Shown piece by piece: positions 1 to 10,388 of a stretch of DNA of 64,000 nt (positions are counted from its first letter, which is position 1; each line of letters starts with the position of its first letter). The notes beneath the pieces are model-generated. The model had not been told where the DNA came from. It saw only the letters and a program-made list of their open reading frames with translations, and did no database searches. The DNA is from Diplonema japonicum (lineage: Eukaryota; Protista; Euglenozoa: Diplonemea): the NCBI GenBank assembly GCA_964019335.1, contig OZ025648.1, positions 620,001-684,000 on the forward strand, given 5' to 3'. The position numbers and the translations under genes are program-made.

Positions 1-212
1 TTGGCGGCCACCATCCTCAAGGCTTCATCCTTCTCAGCGGCGGCGGCTGCGGCCTGCCTCTCCGTTTCCCTCTCGGCGGCGGCGGCGGCTTTCTTCCTCT
101 TCTCGGCGGCGGCGGCAGCGGCTTTCTTCTTCTCGGCGGCGGCGGCGGCTGTAGCCTCCATCTCCTCGGCAGCCTTCATCGCGGCCGCAGCACGCGCTTT
201 CTCGGCCACAAC
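1..212 (-). CDS. Partial exon of an Ala/Glu/Lys-rich low-complexity (coiled-coil) protein running off the window start
   Basis: Minus strand after an acceptor TATAG at 213-217 reads VVAEKARAAAAMKAAEEMEATAAAAAEKKKAAAAAAEKRK..., open to position 1; GC-rich codon-like periodicity. Confidence 0.55.
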
Positions 213-589
213 CTATAATTGGCATCTAAGCACACAACAAGAAAGAAAAAGGGAAATAAAACGTGAGAGTGGTTGCAAGGGGAAGAAGGAAGGAACTTCT
301 TTTTTTTTTTTTTTTTTGTTGGGGAAAACAAACAAGCACAACTAATAATTCCTACAACTTTTCTCAACCAAGTACGGTGGCCATAATCATAATTTTCTAA
401 AAACAGAAACACTTGTTCTCGAAAGAATGTTAGCAGTAAAATTGGGGAACAGTAGTTATTATTTATTCCCAGAATAAGTAAAAAATAATGGTTCTTCAAA
501 AAATACAAAATTTCCATATTTCGTTGTTCTGGTAAAAGGCAAGGGGCAAAAAAAACGGGGGAAAAAAAAGAATTTTAGCTCTTTATTAA

Positions 590-726
590 GAAAATAAGAT
601 AGTATTATTTCACGCGTGGTGGCAGGGGGTTTAACGAGTAGGGATCTTAGTTCACTCGCTGCGTTCATGAAGTAAAAAGCTACGAGTTAAACCTGCCACC
701 ACAAGTGGAATAATGCTCTTATTTTC
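590..726. repeat. Imperfect ~140-bp palindrome (MITE-like)
   Basis: 601-626 agtattatttcacgcgtggtggcagg is close to the reverse complement of 692-718 cctgccaccacaagtggaataatgct; similarity extends weakly outward. Confidence 0.6.
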
Positions 727-748
727 ACTAATACGTTGTTTTATTTAA

Positions 749-875
749 GAGCCGGGTTTGAAAGGGTGGGTTTTCACTCCTGGGCCTAATTCAAGGTAAA
801 CTGGGGGTGAAAATAAAGCTGGGAGTGACATAAAGTAAAATCTTAGTTTCACTCCCACCCTTGAAAACCCGGCTC
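749..875. mobile_element. MITE-like 127-bp element with 22-bp terminal inverted repeats
   Basis: 749-770 gagccgggtttgaaagggtggg versus reverse complement of 854-875, gagccgggttttcaagggtggg (20/22). Confidence 0.6.
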
Positions 876-880
876 GAGTT

Positions 881-3114
881 ATATGAGCTCGTTCGGACGA
901 AAATGTCAACACTTTTTTGGGCACCTCCGAAAATTTCTTGTTTTGATATTTGAGCAAAAAAAGGGCAGCATGCAACCATAGGAAGATGACATATATGGTG
1001 TACATGACGCCGTTCTTTCAATTGCGATGCTTGTTTTGCCATGAGGGCAGGCTTTGCCCTGTGAAGCGAAAAATAGAGGTCAGAAAAACGGCGAAAAATG
1101 TTTAAAATACAATTTTGTTGCTTAAAATGCAGCATCAAGGGTGCATAAAATTGGTGTTCAAGCGCACTTGTGACCCCTGGGTACAACCGAGAAGGGTCGG
1201 GTTACTGTTAAAGTACTTAGCGAAAAATATATGGCGCTGCATAGCCCCCGGGTTCCTAAGGGATTTTGGTCTTTTTCAGAAAAACCAATTCTTAACACTT
1301 GCCTGCTCATGCAGAGCTTCGACATTGGATCTTCGGGGTCAAACTTTCATTCTCTACCCATCTGCTGAGGTTTTTCCTTTTCTTTTGCGCTCATAATACT
1401 TTGAAAGTGAAATTTCTGCTTTTTTAAGGGGTTTTAGAGGGATTTTAGCCTTGAATAGGCCAAAATGGCACTTTAAGGGTAAGTTCTCCCACCCCATTTT
1501 AATAGTGATTTAGAGTCCAGCCCACCCAAAATGACCCCAAAGGTTTCACAGATTTTCAATCTGCGTCCATTCCTCCTCGGAAAAACGAAAATAAAAAATG
1601 GAGTCTGGGTTATTTGTAACTTCCAAATTGAATCGTTTGCCAAAAACCATTCTAAAAAACATGTTTTGCACGTGTGTTTTAAAAATAAAACAAGCGGCGA
1701 GCATTTTGACCTATATGGTGTTCAAGCTTAGACTGCATTTCTGCACACAAAGTGGTGTCGGACTACTTTTCTACTTAGAATTTTAACTCCCTGGATCTCG
1801 ATGCTGCTTCTCTGCATACCTTCCTAGGTGTCCTTTTGTCGATGGACTTGAATATCAAGCCAGATTATTCTGACTACTGGCGCACTGGCTACGTCTGTCA
1901 ACCACACCCCTGGGTACGCCACCGTCATGTCAAGAGACCGCTTTTTGACTATTCCGGGAGATCTGTGTTTCCACAGCGAAACAAACAAGCGTGCTGACTT
2001 CTACCTATCGCAAAGGCCTCCCGGAGATCACGGATGCCCCAAAGAAGCGAGGCCGCAAGCCCAAGGACACGCATCCTGTGAGGACACCCAGTTCCACCAG
2101 CACGTGAGCATCCTTTGCACCACAACGTGGCATGACACCAAGCTTGTGCGCTTTCTGTCGACGTTGGATGTTCTGGTGACGTCAAATTTGACGTGTCGGC
2201 CAAAAGAGAATGAAAGCCGGAAAGGACATCCCGCTCCCCACCAAGTGCATATTTACAACACCGCAATGGGCGGAACCGACGCTGGGTGACGCTGTGACAA
2301 AACGCCATAAACGCACCCTTATGACTTCGAAGTGGCCCCTGAAAGTATTTTCGTACTTGTTAGATAAATCTCTGGCAAATGCCTGGCTTGTTTGGAAAGA
2401 AGCGAACACCCTGAGTAACAGTGGATTCACGCCTTTCAAAGGCAGTCATCGAAGGGCTACTAGGGAGGCAGTCTAAACAACAGCTAAAGTCAACTACAGA
2501 GCAGGCTGCCCCAATACCATGCCCCGAAACACAGAACGAGTGCCCTGAGACCCCAATGCGCCACGACAGTGCCTCTTGGGACCATTTCTCCGAAAAGGTA
2601 GCGCAACGTGCGGTGCAAGCATTGCAAGTCGAAAAGACCCCTATTTCAGTGTTCAGCCTGCTTGGTACAACTTTGCGTGACTCCGTGCTTCAAAGACTAC
2701 TACCTTGCCGGGGATACCCCCCAGAAACCCCTCTCGGGGTCAAAAAAGAAGTCCCCAGCCCTGGGGCACGTACGAACCGCGTCAAGAAGGCCTTAAATAG
2801 GTTTTTATAGAATTTTACAGTCGATTTTTTTTGACTTGTTTTTTGTACCCCCTCTCGGGCACTTCAAGAACGATATTTTTGACAATGTTGTGGGGGTGGG
2901 CCCTGCTGTGACACCCTCTCTCTAGAATTGGGACATCTGGAGGCATTTTCGGCATACAGCCCCGACATTGCGCTAGAATAGTTTTTTTTTTTTTTTGAAG
3001 TTTTGAAAATTTACCCCCTGGTGGGCAAAAATGGTCCGTTGGTAGATGGTTAACGGGGTTTTCCGCCGCATAGGAGGGTCATTTGTTGACATTTTTTTCC
3101 GGACAAGCTCATAT
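881..3114. mobile_element. 2.2-kb TIR-bounded DNA transposon remnant enclosing a degraded piggyBac transposase
   Basis: 881-911 atatgagctcgttcggacgaaaatgtcaaca versus reverse complement of 3084-3114, atatgagcttgtccggaaaaaaatgtcaaca (27/31). Confidence 0.6.
1900..2705 (+). pseudogene. Frameshifted piggyBac-family (DDE_Tnp_1_7) transposase with C-terminal Cys-rich domain
   Basis: Fragments across frames: MSRDRF, WHDTKLVRFLST, IYNTAMGGTD, KWPLKVFSYLLDKSLANAW, RCKHCKSKRPLFQCSACLVQLCVTPCFKDYY; all typical piggyBac motifs. Confidence 0.85.
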
Positions 3115-3269
3115 ATGAAGAAAAAAAAGAAAAAGAAAAAAAAAACGGAAAGTTAAATCTCGTTGGGCCTTATCACTAGAGGGGAAAAAATGGAGTTGTG
3201 TGGTTTTGAGAAAACGCTTTCTTTTTCTTCTTTTTCTTCCCCCAATATTTTTTTTTTGAAGCGTGCTAT

Positions 3270-4133
3270 TCAAAGCCTGTAGGCTTTCCCAGCGTTCTCC
3301 GTGAAAAACTGGTTCCTTTCCTTCTCAGTTGGCTTGAGCTTGCTGTCCAGGATTTCAGTCAATGCGGAATACCAATCAGAGTAAGTCTCTGAGGCCAGCT
3401 TTGAAGCGTACCAGTCGGAGCCATACAACACACGGTCATAACCAAAGGTGACCACTGCATGCTTGATGTAGGGCAAGAGGTCTGCTTCTGTCCAGTCCGG
3501 GTGCTGTACCTCTGTGATAATGCCACTGATTTTGCAATAGACATTAGGGAGTTGTGCCAACTTCACGAGACCAGCCGCCCAAGCCTCATCATAAGCGTCC
3601 CTCACAATGTTGGGCTTCCCCATGTGGTCCAGGACGAAGACAGTCTCGGGAACCTTGGAGACGAGTGTGGTGATGTCTTGCAACTGATCGTTGCCCTTGA
3701 TGCAGAGATCCACCGAGAGGCCACGTTTCCCTAGTTCCTTGCATCCTTGTATGTAGTTGTCTGTCAAGCAGAAGCCCTTGTCTTGACCTTGGATAAGTTT
3801 CCGTACACCCTTCAGCTTCTCATGTTTCACTTTGTCTAGATACTTGCAGAGCACCTCCACGTCACCCCCCAGTGGGGCTGCTGCCACCACACCGCCTACC
3901 ATGTCAAGACTGCAAGCCCACAGCGTTTCTTCGACCATAAGCTTCTCATCATCGCACACCATGCATTCTACAAACACTACTTTCGACACTTCCAAGGATG
4001 CTGTCTCGTCTTGAAACACCTTTGGGGTGAAATCCTTATCGATTTTAGGGCTCATTTTGTGCCAGCAATAAGCAGGGAGGGGCCACCTTTCTCTGTCAGA
4101 GAGGTGCACATGTGTGTCGACAAACCCAGACAT
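3270..4133 (-). CDS. Amidohydrolase_2 family metal-dependent hydrolase (sugar lactonase-like)
   Basis: 287-aa intronless ORF with FVDTHVH, GVR, VLDHMGKP, NVYCKISG and RVLYGSDW motifs. Confidence 0.85.
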   Translation of the reverse strand: MSGFVDTHVHLSDRERWPLPAYCWHKMSPKIDKDFTPKVFQDETASLEVSKVVFVECMVCDDEKLMVEETLWACSLDMVGGVVAAAPLGGDVEVLCKYLDKVKHEKLKGVRKLIQGQDKGFCLTDNYIQGCKELGKRGLSVDLCIKGNDQLQDITTLVSKVPETVFVLDHMGKPNIVRDAYDEAWAAGLVKLAQLPNVYCKISGIITEVQHPDWTEADLLPYIKHAVVTFGYDRVLYGSDWYASKLASETYSDWYSALTEILDSKLKPTEKERNQFFTENAGKAYRL

Positions 4134-4611
4134 GCCTGTGCTGTGGAAGATTTTCTATTATTTTCATTTTTTTTTTTTTGAAAAAAAAAAAAGAAAAGAA
4201 AATAAACACCATCACCAACGGGATTTTAACCACAATCGAGGCCATCGATCACAAAAGTATCGAAATGACAAAAGGAATGTCTCTTCTCGAAACGGAAACG
4301 CAAACGAGACGAAGGTGCGTGGGGGGAACGAAGGAGACTGTGACGTGGAGGACGGGAAATGAGTTCGCGGCTCAGATGGTCAAAGTCCCCCAGTAACCAC
4401 ACTGTGAATGAGAAACCGAAGAATAAAAAAAATGCAAGAAAATAAAGATATACAACTTTGAACAGAAAAAGAAGAAGAAAAAGAAGAAAGAACAAAATTG
4501 ACAATGCAAACTTCCGCAACATGCGCTGCGACGAAAGGTATCTAACTGAGGAAGACCGTTAGCGAGTTAACTCCAACGTTGTCTAGTTATAGGCTGTAGG
4601 GCTTGATAGCT

Positions 4612-7337
4612 CTACAAGGGTTCGTTCCCTCTGTCGATGTAGGTCCAGTCTTTGGGGCGCCACGCACCTGATTCAGATGGTATCTCAACAGGACTAGCGG
4701 AAAGTCTATGGGTCCGAGGCACCGGGCCAGCATTTAAACGGGACGACGGGTTGAAGGCAGCAATAGAAGATTTCTCGCTTGGAGCTTGCGTTTGCTGCGT
4801 CTGGTGTGTCGTGCGCTGGATAGTGGTGGTTGTGGTGAGGTAACCACCACTTCCAGTACGAGGGGGTGTTTGAGTTGCAGTGTGGTTGCCGTAAGCGAAG
4901 GAGGGTGGCAAGGAGGATCCAGAAGCATAAATATGAGGCGCTGCCCATCTGATTGTCTCGGGAGGGGGCACAGGCTTTGTCTGGGTGTCTTGACCGAAGT
5001 AGTTTGTAGGAGCACTCTTATTCTGATAAGGATGCATTTCCTGGTAGGTTGGCACGTCCCGGTAATATGGGTTCCGATCAGGGTCAGCACGTTGGTGGTG
5101 GGGCAGCAGAGGAGACTGGCAGTTATTGGGTGCCAGAGGCGAGACAGGTACAGGTTTGTTATTCCAGGGAGACATCGCCTCCTTTGGGGTGCCAGCGAGC
5201 ATTAAATACTTGTTGTCTTTGACTGCTGGCTTTCCGAATTCTTTCGGTTTCATGCCTTCGATAAGCTCGCGAAGATATTTAACTTCTCTCTTGATGTCGC
5301 CCATGGCGTCAGGTCTGAGGAAATCGGCATCTTTTATGGGGCACGATGGATATTTCTGAAGAAGCTCTCTGTAAGCCCTGGCTTCGTTCCTCGTCGCTTG
5401 CTTCGCCAGAGCGTCAGCCATGTGCGTTTTACTTTTGTCATGTTTACGAAAAAACTGCTGGTACCCATGGCAGAGCATAGCCTCACGCTCCTCTGGGTTG
5501 CGTAAACTATGTGATGTTTCTGACTCTGTTGCATAACCCGATTCACTTGCCATGCTTTCTAAAATTGTCAGTGTTTGACTGTGCGATCTAAGTGTTTCTT
5601 CTTTTTTGGTCACACTACGCATCTCGGATTTGTCCCCCACAGACTGCTCGTAGGACCCCTTTGACTTCTTACTTCCCAGGTTGCTTCTTTTGAACTGTCC
5701 ATGTTGGCGTTCCCTTTCGCGCATTCGATGATACTCTTTTTCTTGTTCATGTTCTTCTCGTTCTCGTTGCAGTTCTCGCTCTTCTCGTTCTCGCTTAGCT
5801 ACCTTAAGCCTTTCACGTTCGCCTTGCAACTCTCTCATTTCTTTCTGTTGTTCCTCTTTAATCTCCTCCTTTAGCTTCTGCATCTCCTCTTCGTGCTGCT
5901 TTTGCATTAACTGTCGCATCTTTTCATTTTCCGACTCTGCGTTTTGCTTCAGTTCTTGCCCCTGCTTTTGCTCGTTTTCTAATCTGCGTTTTTCGGACTC
6001 GAGGTCATCTTTCTGCGCCTCTTCGCGCTGCTGCTTCAATAGCTGCTCAGTCTCAGCCAACTCTTTCCTCTTCATTTCTTCTTCGTGAACCCTTTGAGCA
6101 TCGAGTTTTGCTGATTCCAGTTTAACTAACTCTTCTTCGTGTTTCATTTGTGCTTCCAGGTTTTGCTTACTCTTCTCACGAAGCAATTCCGAGTGCTTTC
6201 TTTGCTGTTCAAGAATTTCCTGTTGGTGTCGCATTTTCTCCTCCTCGTCGTCTCTCTGTTGCTTCTCAATAAGTTGTTGCTTAGCTCTTTGTTGTTCTAA
6301 CAACACGGAAGGTATTCCTACAGGAACAAATTCCATTGCCATATTTTCTGTGTGTATGTGCATGTTCTGTGTTCTGTGTGCATACGTATGTCCTCGTCGG
6401 TGGCGTCTTCAGTAAGCTCAAGCAGGTGTCCGTCACCAGGAGGAACGTTGCCTAGTGGGCGGACTGCAAGCCCCTGGCCCAGCTCCCATAGGACACCGTT
6501 TTTGGCAAGGTGCCACACCAAGCGGTTGTTTTTTTTGCCCAGATTCACCCCGCTAAACGCGGAGTTCTCCCAAGGGATGTCAGCAGAGACAATGTAGCTG
6601 CCCCCCTGGTGCACTAACTGAGAGCCTTGTGGTTCATTGTCATGCTGCTCCACTCGGAAGGAGGCAGGCGATGAGTTCGAAAGGATAGCGCGCCCATCAT
6701 CAAGCACCGAAACGTGTAGCCTGCTTGCCTTATGCCGAATGAGGATCCATGGCGAGGGGGACGCGGGCTCAGATTCACCTTCTGTGTGTATCTCACTCGG
6801 TACAGGCTGTCTACGGAAACTGTGGCCCTTTACGCTCATGGATGAAGCCTTTCGGAGGTTTGCTTTTGGTACCACAGGGCCCTCGACTGCTTCGACAGGG
6901 AGTTGCTTATTCGACGTGATTTTAACGCCTGTCACGAGGCATTCAATAAAATAGTTGCTATCAATGCAAGGAGGGAGCGTCTTCTCGTGCCGCACAAAGT
7001 TCAGCACCAAGTCTATTTCTTCGTTGGTGGTTTCTTTCATTGCTCGTATCAGCAGCTGGTAAATCGGCCCTTGTACTTTGTGTGTTATCTTCCCTACAAC
7101 TACTTGTGTCATTGTAGCTAAGGGGAGCCTCCTGGAAACTTCACCCGCAGGGTTTGATACCAGCAGGTCTCTGTAATCAATGGTTACTAAAACACGCTTG
7201 ATTTTATCCTTCTTACTAGTTACCCTCTCTAAGATGGCTGCATACATCACAGGACCCTTCACCTTAAACATCGGGTCGACCTTACATGGTTCCACTACAG
7301 CTTGTAGCTGAGCAGCTGCATCTAGCTTGACGCTCAT
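4612..7337 (-). CDS. Hypothetical ~895-aa protein: globular N-terminus, central Glu/Gln/Lys coiled coil, Pro/Thr-rich C-terminus (2 exons)
   Basis: ORFs 6318-7433 and 4612-6363 join in frame through a 38-nt intron 6348-6385 (GTATGC...ACACAG); spliced length 2688 nt is divisible by 3. Confidence 0.75.
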
Positions 7338-7742
7338 TTTTGGGGGACCCCCGTACCTACAATGCTTCAAATGAAACTGTATCCAATAACAACGAACCGG
7401 GATTCTATGTAAGGAGCAAAGCATCTGCGACAACTGCCAGACTATACGTGGTAGATAGCCACCTGCAGTAGCTTAGAGTGAGTGTGATAAGGAAAGATAT
7501 TGCTGTTTGAGGCGTTGTTGTAACTAGTGCCATGAGCTGCAAGTTCTCGAAGAAGGTTCAACCACCTTGGTCTAACTAGCGGCACTCTGCCGACCTCAAG
7601 GTACACTACAGAAAAGGTTCTACGTCCACGCGAGGGAGGGAAGGTAAGGAACAAAAAGCCTATGTACAAGGACATGAACCCCAGCCTAAGAATCGGGTTT
7701 TGAATTTGCGACGTTCGCTATTTTTTTCTTCTTTTTTACACT

Positions 7743-9136
7743 TCATGCAATAACGCAGCAGCACCTGTAATGTGTTTCTAAGATCTCGTTACTACATACG
7801 TCGACTGCTTGTTGTTATTCTCCCTGCTTTCCACCATCGGCGTGTTCATGTCTCCAGCAGGCGTAGGCTGTAAAAGGTGTCACTTAAAGTGATTAGTCAA
7901 ATATACCTCCTTACGGTTACCCTTGTCGAGGAATGGCTGATCTTCTCTCCCTTCAGAGGAATCTTCTCCCGATGCTCTTCCCGGGCCTGCCTTGGGGAGG
8001 GGGCTAGACGACGTGAGCTTCGTTCTTTCAGTAGCCGCAGGTGTTGCCGGCTTGTCCACTTCATCTTTCATTTCTGCAGCCCTTCTAGCAGCTTCTTCAT
8101 CAGCAGCCTTCTTGGCGACAGCCTCTTCCTCAGCCTTCCTAACCCTTTCTTCCTCAGCAGCTTTCCTGGTGGCCTCTTCTTCAATGGCCTTCCTAGCCTC
8201 TTCTTCCTCAGCAGCCTTCTTTGCTGCTTCTTCTTCGGCGGCTTTCCTGGAGGCCTCTTCCTCAGCAGCCTTCTTTGCTGCTTCTGCTTCTTCTTCGGCG
8301 GCTTTCCTCGCAGCCTCTTCCTCAGCAGCTTTCCTGGCCTCTTCTTCTTCAGCAGCCTTCTTCGAAGCCTCTTCCTCAGCAGCCCTCCTGGCCTCTTCAG
8401 CAGCCTTCTTCGAAGCCTCTTCCTCAGCAGCCTTCTTTGCTGCTTCTGCTTCTTCTTCGGCGGCTTTCCTCGCAGCCTCTTCAGCAGCCTTCTTCACTGC
8501 TTCTTCCTCAGCAGCTTTCTTGGCCTCTTCTTCCTCAGCAGCCTTCTTCGCAGCCTCTTCCTCAGCAGCTTTCCTGGCCTCTTCTTCTTCAGCAGCCTTC
8601 TTCGAAGCCTCTTCCTCAGCAGCCCTCCTGGCCTCTTCTTCCTCAGCAGCCTTCTTTGCGGCCTCCTCTTCTTCAGCAGCCTTCTTCGCGGCCTCTTCCT
8701 CAGCAGCTTTTCTGGTCTCTTCTTCTTCGGCAGCTTTCCTCGCAGCCTCTTCCCCAGCAGCTTTCTCGGCCTCTTCTTCTTCAACAGCCTTCCTGGCAGC
8801 CTCTTCTTCAGCAGCATTCCCAGCGGGCGAGGAGGCAGCCGCTCCCTCTTCAACAGATTCCTTTTCAGCTTCCGCTGTGGCTTGTTCAGTGACCTCTTCA
8901 GCCGTTTCCGCTTCCTCTACGACAGCATCAGTGTTAGCCTCCTCCACTTTGGGTTCAACTTGCGTTTCTTCGGCTTTAGGCTCTTCGGTAACCGCTTCGC
9001 CCACTGCTTCGACAGGCTCGGGGTCTTCCACAGGGGCTGTTTCAGGTGTTGTCTCGGGCTTGAGGTCGGCATCCACAGGTGTGCTTGCCGAGCCATCATT
9101 GTTCTTCTTATTCTTCTTGTTCCTGTTCTTACCCAT
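7743..9136 (-). CDS. KAAEEE-repeat helical protein with C-terminal CCCVIA (CaaX) motif (3 exons)
   Basis: 418-aa ORF with tandem (K/R)KAAEEE(E)A repeats; introns 7868-7906 (39 nt) and 7765-7799 (35 nt) extend it to ...NNNKQSTCCCVIA-TGA. Confidence 0.8.
8090..8815 (-). repeat. Coding minisatellite of ~24-33-nt units encoding KAAEEEA-type repeats
   Basis: Tandem cagcagccttcttcgcagcctcttcct-like units on the plus strand. Confidence 0.9.
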
Positions 9137-9207
9137 TATTTTTCCCTTCTTTTCAAATCACCTATGAATGAATTAACAATGACATGCTGTCTTACATTCA
9201 AATAATT

Positions 9208-9474
9208 CTAATCCTCTTGGAGGAGTGGAAGTCCATATTCATTCCATGTACTTTTTCCGGCTTTAGAGTTAGATCTGTTTAAGAGATCTAGGCCAGTGCA
9301 AGATTTGGCCCCAGTGCAGCTTTGGAGGGCATCTAATGCAGACTCGTCGTTAGTGGGATCAGGGGGCAGCCAAGGTGTGAGCTCGTCAGGTTTCACCACT
9401 GTGTCTGCAGCCCATTCTTGGTCAACAATGTCTAGTATAAATCTGTTGAATGGCAACGATGCATCATCTGACAT
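9208..9474 (-). CDS. Small protein resembling anaphase-promoting complex subunit APC13
   Basis: 88 aa; N-terminal RFILDIVDQEWAADT and C-terminal WNEYGL resemble APC13 family ILDLIDxxWxxD and WxDLxL motifs; preceded by acceptor TTCTACAG. Confidence 0.55.
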   Translation of the reverse strand: MSDDASLPFNRFILDIVDQEWAADTVVKPDELTPWLPPDPTNDESALDALQSCTGAKSCTGLDLLNRSNSKAGKSTWNEYGLPLLQED

Positions 9475-10250
9475 TTGCCCGACCTGTAGAAAGTACGATA
9501 AGAAGGGCAAATGTGCAAAGTACAAGAAAGGGACAGTGAAGGGTGCTTCTGAGCTCTACATCTGCTATCTACACTTCTTCTTATACGTTAGTCCCCAAGT
9601 GGATACAACAGTAACACTGGTTGTTAAACTATCTAAATATACAAGCAACACGGGGAAGGGAGGGGAAACAAATAACTAGGATCTCTTCAAATTTTCGTAA
9701 AAGAGGTCTCCAAGAGGGAGCAATTTCGAATAATCGTCGTCAATATCGTCTGGCTTACTTCGCCTGTGATGTTTGTGTTAGAAGGGGTAATTCACTTAAT
9801 ACCCAAGAAAGTACCAAAATTCACCTATTATTATTCCCAAAAAAAAGTTTCATATCTAACAGTCCGAGAAGGTCACTTCGCGCCTCAGCCATGTCCAAGG
9901 TTTTTGTGATTATGATGGGGAAAAGAGCCGTAGGAAATTTGAGCATTTAAAGACTTGGTACAAAGCAGAGATTTAGGAAACCTTGGGGACCAGATCAGAA
10001 ACTTTTCCCTCTTTAGTCTTTGAACGTTTCTCAAACTAAGGGAGGGTATTTTGAGCATTTCTCCGATTAGGGGTCAAGTTAGCAGTTTTCTCTTTTTCTT
10101 TTGATTTCCCCTTAGGACCCCTTTGCGACAAAGGCAGGGACACATTTCGGATCTGAAGGGCAATAACTTTCCTGCCGCGGGCAACAAAAGAGGAAAATGG
10201 AAACATCAGAAAGTTCTGTTAGACAACCACTGAAATACAACAGCACTGGG

Positions 10251-10256
10251 AAAAAA
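10251..10256 (-). terminator. Pol III oligo-T terminator of tRNA-Ala
   Basis: T6 on the minus strand 1 nt after the discriminator base. Confidence 0.75.
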
Positions 10257-10257
10257 G

Positions 10258-10330
10258 TGGAGATGGAGGGCATCGATCCCTCTACCTCTCGCATGCTAAG
10301 CGAGCGCTCTACCATTTGAGCTACACCCCC
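10258..10330 (-). tRNA. tRNA-Ala(AGC)
   Basis: GGGGGTGTAGCTCAAATGGTAGAGCGCTCGCTTAGCATGCGAGAGGTAGAGGGATCGATGCCCTCCATCTCCA; 73-nt cloverleaf, G3:U70 identity pair, anticodon AGC. Confidence 0.97.
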
Positions 10331-10388
10331 TGATAATTTCCGTATCTGAGGCTGAGATTTAGTCAGATCAATCTCACGGTGGTGTGCC

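Noticed and set aside
7877-9205. Long plus-strand and alternative-frame ORFs (442, 391, 223 aa) over the KAAEEE gene
   Set aside because: Antisense or shifted shadows of a stop-poor coding repeat
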